Positions 53,857 to 64,000 of a stretch of 64,000 nucleotides of DNA are shown piece after piece (position 1 is the stretch's first letter; the number at the start of each line of letters is the position of its first letter). The translations under genes were made by a program, and so were the position numbers. The notes beneath the pieces are model-generated. The model was not told the DNA's origin, searched no databases, and saw only the letters and a program-made list of their open reading frames with translations. The DNA is from Pirellulales bacterium. Its GTDB lineage: Bacteria > Planctomycetota > Planctomycetia > Pirellulales > PALSA-1355. The stretch lies in NCBI GenBank assembly GCA_963733035.1, contig CAVTBU010000004.1, positions 160,001 through 224,000 of the forward strand, read 5' to 3'.

Positions 53857-56800
53857 TTAAATCAGCGATCGGCGCCGGCGGCTAACTGTGGCCTTGGCGA
53901 TGAGCTCTGTCAGGTCGTCCAGGTCGGCGGCCAGCCACGAGAAAACCGGCTGTAAATCGTTTCGTTTCAGTTGCTGAACGACTAGCGCGAGTTGTGTCGC
54001 GGCTGCTGACGCCTGGTTTGCATTCTTCGGGAGCGCCACGATCGGTTCAGCCACGATTGGTTCAGCCACGATTGGTTCAGCCACGATTGGTTCAGCCACG
54101 ATTGGTTCAGCCACGATTGGTTCAGCCACGATCGGTTCAGCCACGATCGGTTCAGCCACGATCGGTTGAGCCACGACCGGCGGATCGGGCGCCGGCGGGC
54201 TGGCCGGGATGGCGCTCGCTGAAGAAGCGGGGGACAGGGAGGAGAACCCAGTGTGAGTTCGCACGATGGCCAGGTCCGCGGCGTCGGTGCGCCCGTCACC
54301 GTTGAAATCAGCTTCAGCCCAGTTTGGACTACCGAACACCTGACCGATGTGCTTTCGCGTCTCCGCTAGATCGGCGGCATCCACGAGTCCGTCGAGGTTC
54401 GCGTCGCCATACTCCGTGTTCAGGATCGTATGGATTAAATAATCAATGTCGGCCTGGTTCACGATGCCATCATGATTCAGATCGGCACTCGGGTCGCCGG
54501 ATTGAACAAGTCCCCAGATCGAATTGATGTCGCTGGCATTGACCATGCCGTCGCCGTCAAAATCGCCAGGAACGTGCACTACTTCCGGTGCACCGACGGA
54601 CCACAGTTGGCGGGAGAAATTGCCGTACCGATCCGGCAACGCCACGCTGGCCGCCGAGAAATAGAACCGGTCACCAACGATCAGGCCGCCGCTTGGATCA
54701 GGATTAGCATAGGCGTTGCCAACCTTAGACGGCACGAGTGAGGGTGCTGCGTCTCCGGCCTTGAAGCGCCACAGGCCGGCTTGTCCAGGCAGACCGTTGG
54801 AAGCTGAGAAGTAGAGGAACTCACCCGCGGCAACGAGCGCTCCAGGTCGCTGCTCGTAGTTGTCTGGACCCGTGAAGTCGTGAACCAGCGATAGTTCGCC
54901 GCCAGCGGGGTCGAACTTCCAGAGCTGTGAGATAACCGTACTTTCCGTGACTTCGGACGGATAGAACTGATAGAAGAAATAGACGCTACGGTCGAAGACA
55001 GTCTGATTGTCGACTTGGGCTTGGCCAACCATGAAGCTGCTGACCGCCGAGGTACCGGCGGCCGTGCCATCGGACGTCCAGAACTGGGTGCTGTATTGGC
55101 CCGTTTCGCTGTCGTAGGTCGTGACGCTGAAGCTGATCTGATTGTCGGTCACGGGGATCGACTGAGCCGGATAGTAACCGGTGCCGACGCTGGCCCCTGC
55201 GCTGAAGGTTGCCAAGGACTCAAACTGCGGATCTGCCGCGGAGAGTGCAGCGCTATTGATGGCGCGGAGCTCGATAGGTTGGTTCCAGTCCGATTGGGCG
55301 AGGGTGAACAGGTTTTGTGACCCGTCCTCGGCTGGCGCAACCGTGAAGTCGTTGAAGCTTGACGCCGAACCGATCACGTGGAACTGGTCGCTTTGCAGGT
55401 CGTGCCAGACGGCGGACCGATTCGAGTCTCCGTCGACGGTGGCTTGGTAGACTAACCCACCGCCGAAGGCGCGAATACTTGCGATTGAATTGAGACCAGC
55501 GGTGCTGAGCCAACCAATCTGGGGCGTGCCCGTGCTGAAATCGACGTGCACGACGCCGGCATTGAAATTCGAGTCGTACGCGATGAAGTACAACGAGTCG
55601 CCAAGGACGACGGGGGCTTCCGAGTTGTTATAGTACACTGGGCCTTCTGCGATCACCCGCGCTCCGGCCTGATCGGCAAACCAGGCGCGAGAGTAGTTGT
55701 CGAAGAAGACGACGCCGCGTCCCGGAATCGCCCACACTTGCTGCGGATAGTCGATCGTCGCGTAGACAGGATCGATGCTCTCAACTACACGGGTTTGGCC
55801 ATTTTCCAAAACCCAGAGCTGCTGGGCGATGAAATAGATCGACGCAGCCCCGTTCGGAGACGAGGGATAGGTGACCGAAGTGAGCTGGGCGGGATAAAGC
55901 CCCGCCATCGGATCGAGGACTCCCTCCAGGATCGGAGTGCCGGCGGGCGTGTTGGCATTCAGGTCGTCGAGCGAGATCGGTGGCAAGACAGTCCAATCGA
56001 TGGTCGCGTCGACCGACCGTCCGGCCGTCACGTCGGTGACGGTGACAGTCACCAGGTAGGGAGAATTCGTCGCTCCGGCATCGATGGTACCGGTAATCGC
56101 CCCCAACTGATCGATCGAAATGCCCGGCGGCAAATTGGTCGCCTGCACCGAGATCTGATGGCCCAGTGGGTTACTCACGTACACATTGAAATTGACACTC
56201 GTTCCCGCATAGCTGGTTACGGGCGAGGACACCGACACGGAGACAGCAGGGGAGATGGTCCACAGAACCGTTTGGGTGGCCGTGTAGTTGATGGTTTGAT
56301 CGAAACCCGTGAGATGCACTTCGTAGGGCTGATCGCTAAATGCGGAGTCATCAATCGTGCCGATGATGTGCCCTTGCGAATCGATTGACAGCCCCGTCGG
56401 AAGGCCGGTGGCCGCGACGGTGATGGTGTGATTGTAGGGATTGGTTAGCAGCGGCAAGTCGACGGTCTGGCCGGCGTAGCTGTGAGGCAACGTGGAGGAG
56501 AGCTGAAAACCCTGCTGTAGCTTCCAGGTAAAGGTAACCGTTTTGTACTGCCCGGTTGCGTCGTTGTAGGCGAAGATGGTTGGGTTGAAAGTCGCGTTTG
56601 GTCCGTACACCTGGATATAGAAATAGATCGAACCGCTGATCAAACCCGTCTGCGAGTTAATGCTCAGGTAGGACGGCAACCCGTTGGCGACAAACCGCAG
56701 CGGAATATTCGTGGGATTGTCGACCTGGATCTGCAGGTTGATTGGCACGCCTTCGGGAGTGAATTGGTTCCCGGGGTTCACAATGGACCACAGGTCTTGC

Positions 56801-59800
56801 ACGGTCCAGGTGAACGCCACGTTCTGGCTGCCGGTGCTATCGCTGACTGTGACGTTCACGTTGAAGTTGGTGCCAGGCGCGATCGAACCGCTGGGCGTGC
56901 CAGAGATGATTCCCGTACTGGGGTCGATCGTGAGGCCCGTCGGCAGCCCCGCGGCGGAATAGGCTTTGGGGGACAGCCCGCCGGTCGCGACAATTTGCAG
57001 CGGCGTGATCGGTTGGCCAATGCGAGCGAGTTGAGTACCGGGATTCTCCACTGCCAAGGGCATCACGACATCAACAAACTCAATGTTCGAGGCCAAGCCG
57101 CCGACGAGCGGCAGGATGCCGGCATCAAGATCGATGGTCTCGGAACCGTTGAGGACCGAGATGTAGTGGACTGTGTCCGTGCCATCCCCGCCGTCGAGAT
57201 TTCCTGCCAGTTGGCCGTTCGTGCGGAAATAGAAGTCGTCGTTTGCGGTTCCTCCGGTCAAATTTCGTATTCCGGAGAACGTGAGTGTCGAGTTCACGGT
57301 TCCACCACCTGTGGAAGTGATTTCCCAGATCGTGGGCGAGTTAGGTCCTACCAGCGCGCTACCGCCGCTGCCGCCCATGACAGATAGTAGAGCGCGCGTT
57401 CCGTTGACCTGAATGCTCGCCGGGGCGAGGCCACTCACGGTCCAATCGGCTGGCGAGGTTTGCCCCAACACGACATTGCGGGCGCTTGCGTTAGCCGAGT
57501 CATTGAGTTGAACGGGGACATTCGGCAGTGCCGCATCATGAACGTTGACCGTGACACTACCAAAAATCGACTGCATGTTTCCGGCATCGCCAATCACGAT
57601 GGGCGCCTGGCCGTCGTACTCGATCGAAAGCGGCTGGGTGGTTCCGCGCACGTCGACCATACGGTTGCCGGGATTGATGCCGGTTGTATGAGCGACCGTG
57701 TCGACGACATGGATGGGGTAGTTTTGCGGGTCAACACCCCAATCCTGATTCAGGCCGTACAGGGTGAGGTTCGTGGTGTTACCCTGGAAGGTGACCAGCT
57801 TCGTCTTGGAAGTTGAAAAGCCCTTCCAGATATAGCCTTGTCCACCACCGGCATTGTCCACATTCATTTCTTCAGCATAGAAGCTGAAATCGGCGATCAG
57901 TTCCGTGATCTCATTCGGGCGGTCCGGGCTCGGGTTTACATAGATCGACGAGCCCTGCACGTTGCTGAGATTTTGGGGCCAGTTGAGAGTCACTTGCTGG
58001 GCGCCAAAAATCGACATGCCATTGCTCAGGCTGCCACCGCCGCTGGGCGCGGTGTTATCCAGGATTTGCACGGTCGTGCCTTCGCCGGCCATCAGCACCA
58101 TGTCTTTCGGCGCCTGATTGATCTGATAGTGGCTTGCCGGACTTCCAAGGATCGTCAGCGAAGCATCCATCGACGCGCTGACATAAAACCTCGCGGGTGC
58201 CAGACCCTCCCAATTGTCCGCCGTGTCCGTCGCGTCGCCCCCCAGCCGTATGTCGCGCGCGACATCCAGGTGATTGTCGAACGTCGTACCACCGGGCACG
58301 ATGTAGGAGAACGAGGCGAAATAGACATTGCCTTGGATCGCCTGTAAGGTGCCGTTACCAATATGAACTGACGCGGCGCGGAACTCGCGCCGGTTCAAAT
58401 CGCTCAGTTGAAGCGACTTCGGGGACACCACTGTGGCGGAAAACGCCAGAGCACCGTCGTGCCTTGGATGTCGACCGTCCCGATCGGGACGTTATCCACC
58501 GTCGTGAAATGGGTCGTGACGCCGGGGGGCGTGTCGACGATGGTCAGCGAGCTTGCGCCATTGCGCGGCAAACCAATGTCCAGTCCGGGCCCCGCGTTGC
58601 TGAAGTTGGTGTAAACCAGGTCGGCTAATTGATCGAAATGGACGGTCGCGCCCGTCAGCCCAGTGAGTGTGCTTGCTGTGAGCACAACATCGTTTGGCGC
58701 CGCGGGCAGTGGGCTCGTCGAAGTGTCAGGCACGATCCACATCGCCGCGTTTTGCACGTACACGTCGGCCAAAATCGTGTTGCGAAGATCGTTCGCCGAA
58801 AACTGGCTGGGAAGCAACTGGACGAGCGTGTGGTTACCGCGACCCGTGATGTATACCGGCCCATTTGCAGACGAGATCTGAATGTTGTCGACAATCTCGT
58901 ATTGAGCCGGCGGCGTCGTGGCAAAGTAATGAAGCGTAGCCGTCGTCGTGTTGTCGACGAACAGGCTGGCACGCTGGGCACCGGAGATTTGCAGGTCGGT
59001 GTTCGGCGAATACACTAGCTTGTTATACGTATTGCTTCCAAACGCGAAGCCCAACTCTCCCTTGCCTGGGTAGGCTGCGTCGGGCTGAACCCGAAGATTC
59101 GGTCCGAAGGCCACGTACGACGAGACGTCGTAAACAAGTGTGCCGAGTCCCTGGCCAGTGAAGTTGTAGGTAATAGTTTGGAGATCAGTATTCGAGAAGG
59201 TGTTGGTTGTATTTGTGAACGGGCTGATGTCCGTGAGCAGGTCGACGCTGCCATCGAGATTCAAGCGGCGGCCGACGTACAACTCGAAGTTGCCATTGAC
59301 ACTCAGCGTCTGGTTCACGCGTTTCCCCGCGACGTAAACCGTCGGAGTTACGGCTGGCTCGGCCACGCTCTCGGCCACAGGCTCTTCGTCGGCCACGATC
59401 GCCATGCTCATGGCTAGCGGCGCGGGTGGTCCGTTATTGACAATCGAGACGGCCGTGGCACCGGCCGGCGTGTTCAGAATCGAGAACGAATCCGCCGCGC
59501 CGCCATAGATTGTGAGCGTACCGAACAGCGTGCCGAGCGTAGCCGCGGCCGTCGCTCCCGGAGCTCCCGTTCCCCAGCCACTGAACGACGAGCCGTCGAG
59601 CTGCAGGATTTGAGAATCGGTTCCGTTTCGTCCGTCGAGCGTAACCTCTGCCAGATTCACGGCGACGTTGCCATTGATGTTCGACAGGTCTCCGCCACCC
59701 ACATTCACGTAGACGCGCGGATCCGTGATCGCGGCATACACCGCGCCAAACTGATTCTTCAGATAGAGGGGTGTATTGGAATCCTGCTTCAAGGGATTCA

Positions 59801-62800
59801 CGCCGGTGACGTTGGCGGTCGTCTCTGGCCCGACATGTGTCAGATTTACGTAAGTTTGGCCGAAGGCCACGTTGTATTTCGGCGCAGGCGTCGTCACGTT
59901 GACATAGCCAAACCCAGAGGTGTTGCTTAAGTCATAAGCGTACTGGGTCAATTGATCGAAGAAGCTGGCGAGGTGGTTGGCCTCCTGATAGTCAGGGTCG
60001 TGAACATTGACGTTGAGCTGCCCGCGAAGCTGCGAAGCATTCAACTGGAACTGACTATCCACCGACGTCTGGTTCAGTAGATAAAAGCGCGCGTCTGCGC
60101 TGGCGCTGGTCGGCAACGGCGGAACGTAATTAGAGGTTGGGTCGAGATAAACCTGTTGATAACTGAGCCCACCCGCAGTTTTGCCGGTGTAGAAGCCATA
60201 AGGCATCCCGCCCGTTGTGAACTCCGGGAACAGGCTTTCATAAGTTCCCGCTAGATTCGTGGTGCCACCGTAAAACGGAACATTGCCGGGCAAGGCCCAG
60301 GCATTCTGAGGCCCGGGCGCGTAGTAGTACGCGTCGGCAAACAAAAAATCGGTTCCATACCCGAACACATATCCAGGGCTGGCATGAGTTGGGCTGAGCA
60401 TCGTGCTCGTGGCGATGGAAACATTCAGCTTATCCTGCGGCATCGACCCGAGAACGTAGACCGGGACCGAGGACTGCAAGAGGCTATCGTATTGCCCCAC
60501 GGGATTAAGCGTCGCGCCGCCGATTGGCACTTCGACGTCGATCTCGTTGGAACCGATCGGGTTGGCGCCAGCAAAGCGATCGTTGCCGTCGACCGTGTAG
60601 GTGGCGGAGCCCAAAAACGGCAACGTGATATCGACTGTCGCTCCGGTCAGGTACAACTTGACGTCGTCGTTCAATCCCAAGCCATGCGCAAAGACCTTAA
60701 GACCAACCGTCTTATTCTCGATGTTGATTCCCGTGCCATAGATCTTGTAGAGAGCGCCGACCGGGTCGAGCGCCGCGTCGAGCACGATCTCAGTGTGGCC
60801 GTCACCCTCGTACGCCATTCCGATGTACACGCCGATCGGCGTCAAATGGCTGGTTCGCGAGACATTGCCCGCGGGGTCCATGTGCCGGCCCAGGTACAGC
60901 GACCAATTGCCCGTCAGCGTGAGATCCGCCGAGGCGGCGGTAACATACAACGGGTCCTGCTGGCTGAGCGAAGGATTCGTAAAGTCGACCCGATCGATTC
61001 CCGCCGGCGTCTGATCGAGTCCCACACGGTCGCTTGGGCCGGCATGGACGGTCAGTATCCCACGCAGACCCTCGTAGGTGAAAACAGGTCGCGCGCCATC
61101 ATCCGGGATTGCGCGCCGTTGCAACTCGGTCGCACCGATCACCAGGAAACTTGGAATGACCGCCGTCTCGTCGTTCACCGTCAGCTCGACGTTATGGGCT
61201 GAGACGTTGCCGCGAATGTCCGCCAGCTTGCCGGTGCCGTAAGCCAGCTTGCTGTTGGAATCGAGTCCGTCGACGTCAATCACGGCACCGAGCGCAAGCT
61301 CCGAGATGGTGACCTCGTTCAAGGCACCCGTACCCAGCAGTTGGACGTCGAGCTGCCCCGCAAGATTCGAGGCGTCCAGAAACACGGTATTCACGCCGCT
61401 GGGTAGCAGCGGAGCCGAGACCTTGAGCTGAAGCAGATCGATCGAAGTCAATCCGCTAAAGACAATCGTCGGATAGAGGTCTGCATCGAGCACGAACTCG
61501 CCACCAGCGCCATCGCTGGTGGCGATGTGATTGCCGGCGTCTAGCGCGGGCGTCTGCATGTAGACGTGTTCGCTCTGACCTGGCGGACGAGTCGAGGTGT
61601 CGAACACCACAGTGCCGTTGTCGTTCGCCAGCGGCCCGACCGTGGCAGTGCCTCCGTGCTGTACGATGGTGGTAACGTCGTCCGGCGCGATTCCCATCAG
61701 GTACGTCGTTACGCCGGTCGTGGCGTTTGTCATCACCATCGCGTGATCGAGTACTGTCCCACCTTCGGCCGTCGAGTAGTTGTGGTCGAATGGCTCGAGC
61801 GAGATATCGCTCAAGCCCAGTTGATCCCGCGTGTCTAGTTGGATCGTGCGGCCGCCGTTTCCAAGTACCGGCACGTTGACGAAGACGGTTTGAACTCCGG
61901 CGCCGGATAGATCGCCGATGTGGAGATTCGTCTGCCGATCCTGGGCAGTCAGGGACACGGTGTTGAAGTGTGTCAGAATGAGGTTTGGATACGGGCCGCC
62001 GGACAGCTCGTTGTAGGACAGGCGAATCGCCCCCGGAGAGTCGGGGAGCAGGTCGACGCCGGTCGTGTAGTCGCCAGTGATGACCACGAGCTGGTTTTCC
62101 GTCGTGTCGCCGCCCGAAACGGTGCCCCCTTGTGTTAGCGGAGCGTTGACAATGATGGTGTTGTTTCCACCACTCCCTTGCACGGAGTTGCCAGCGTGGC
62201 CGAGCGAAATCGTGTCGTTTCCACCCAGACCGATCAGCGTATTGTTGCCATCACCGCCGGCCAGGTAGCTGTCGAGGTCGCCGGCTTCGAGGTATGCCGC
62301 CCCCGAGCCGTCATCAATGAAGTCCGCGTGTCCTAGTCCACCTTCGAAATGCACGTCCGAAGTAACGCCCCCATAGACGTCGATCGTCAGATCGCCCTGG
62401 TCGCCGATTCCGGTGATGGAGTGCACCCCGTAGATTCGCTGCGTGGCGTCGTACTCGATTCCGGCGATCGACTGGCGGAGGGAAATGTCGATCGTCTCTC
62501 CGTTGGCGGTTGTCTCCACGTGCTGGATTCGCAGGCGCTCGTTGCCGTTCGTCTGATCGACGTTTTGCCGCTGGCCAGCCAGTGAGCCGACGTACAGCTG
62601 AATGTTTCCGGTTACGTCGGGCTGTGATGCAAGAATGGGGGCATCGGGGTTGTTGCTGAAATCGTTGTCGAAGTCGACGAGGACCTTCTGGGCGATGTCA
62701 AATCGTTTCTTCACGCCGACAAATTTGTTGAAGACTTCGAAGCCGACGCGGACTTCGATACCAAGTGCTGCGGAAAACTTTCCGGCCAGGTCGATCGCGT

Positions 62801-64000
62801 CTTCATCGAACTCGGCAAACCGCAGCTTGCCGTCCTGGTTCGGATCGTTGATCGTAACCGAGACGGGATCGTTGCCGCTGTTCGCTGTGGAGATGAAGCC
62901 ACCGACCACGGCACTGAACACGCCCACCGAGGCTCCGGCGCCCGCATAGATGTCGCCGGCGAGCTTGAAGTAGGAATCATCGGCCACATAGAAGCCGGCG
63001 ACAACATCCTGGGCGACCGTCTCGGCCGAAGTGTTTCCGTTGGCCAGGTCGGTGATCAACGATCGCAGACCGAACGTGTCGTAGGCAAACTTGAACTTGG
63101 TGTCGATCTCCACTTCGCCGCCGAAGTCGATGCCGACGCCAAAGAAGGAATAGCCAGTGGCAACCGATCCCTCGGCCGTGACGTGCATCTCGGCATCGAG
63201 CGTGAACAGGTCGGAATCGCGACCCAATAGCAGCGGGAAGACCGCCAATTCGGGATGTTCGAGAATCGGGAACTGAATGCTGAACCCGTTGTTGAGTTGT
63301 TCGGCGAAGCCTTTGACCAGTTCCTTGTCTTCATCCGAGAGTGGCAGTTGATCGATGTTCTCGGCGAGAGACTGGGCGATACCTACCAGGTTGCTGGGCG
63401 ACAGGTCGGTCAGGTTGCGGACGTTGAGATTGGTCGGATCGGCCGCCGAGGCAACATTCCGCAGATCGAAGTCCGCCAGGTCGAATCCACCCAACTTCAT
63501 GCGGACGGTGTCGCCAACGTCAAAACTATTGAGCTGATCAATGACATTGAGGACCTTGTGAACCAGGTCGTACAGCGGTCCGAATCCGGTCACCAAGGCG
63601 GCCACGCCGCCGAGATCCAACAGGTCCACGTCATCGCCGCCGGCCAGATGGCTCAAATCGCTAAGGCCCGGCAGGGGATAGCCCAACACTTCCAGAATTG
63701 GGGCGAGCGGCTGCGTGAAGATCTGGATCTTCTCGAAGACCGGCTTGACCACGTTGCTCAGGAACTTTCCCAGGTCAAGGTACACATCGTCAATCGAGAC
63801 CTCCGGCGGTGCGGCACTGGGGTTTTCGCTGTCGATCGACCAGTTCAAATGCAGGTCGGCATCGATACCGGGAAAGTCGCCTTCGGTGCCGGCAAAGCTG
63901 CCGTTGAGCTGCAGATTGGCCGCGGCCGTACCGCTAAGCTTGACGTCCGGGACGCTATTCAGATTGTTAAGGCCCACCGCGAGCGTCAGGGCATTCGTCT
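53857..64000 (-). CDS. Giant extracellular protein (over 3300 aa, 5' end outside the window) with RTX-like, putative Ig, ELWxxDGT-like and dockerin-like segments; 1-nt deletion near 58455
   Basis: Frame open to the window edge; GGDGNNTL, repeated GLP.GL.ID..TG.ISG, FWTSDGTAAGT, four D.(N/D).DG.....D motifs; corrected junction GTTGALAFSATVVSPK. Confidence 0.85.
54035..54180. repeat. 15-bp coding tandem repeat (9 full copies plus a partial) encoding PIVAE
   Basis: GCCACGATYGGTTCA units head to tail. Confidence 0.95.

Noticed and set aside
54035..54180. CRISPR array
   Set aside because: Head-to-tail units without spacers, in frame within a CDS, and no cas genes in the window.

Overview
GC-rich bacterial DNA, most likely Planctomycetota (inferred from a PV-type microcompartment locus, a DUF1501 fragment, PQQ-like propellers, and PEP-CTERM and dockerin-like proteins). 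1-32.6 kb is core-like. It holds the 3' half of a PV-type bacterial microcompartment (BMC) operon, assorted enzymes, a lysine dehydrogenase/ALDH7 pair, acnA, a cold-shock gene, nfo, mntH, two M16 peptidases, ndk, pyrF and tRNA-Pro(GGG). Downstream of the tRNA lie two tandem, integrase-less islands (about 32.65-48.8 kb and 48.8-52.4 kb). Each ends in an att-like copy of the tRNA 3' end with a 5-bp shift typical of large serine recombinase sites. Each att arm encodes a start-less peptide tail conserved at protein level, which suggests a recombinase whose C-terminus is swapped on integration. Island 1 looks like a sigma-54-controlled stress module: HtrA, YfdX-like, DnaJ-like, NtrC-type system, CheB/CheR hybrid kinase, CsrA-REC fusion, HPF-sigma fusion and a hemerythrin-like protein, with repeated divergent -24/-12 promoters and paired palindromes. 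The window ends with a PEP-CTERM gene and a giant surface protein that runs off the edge. Six genes carry single-base deletions that are probably sequencing errors. All family calls come from motif recognition by eye; no searches were run.
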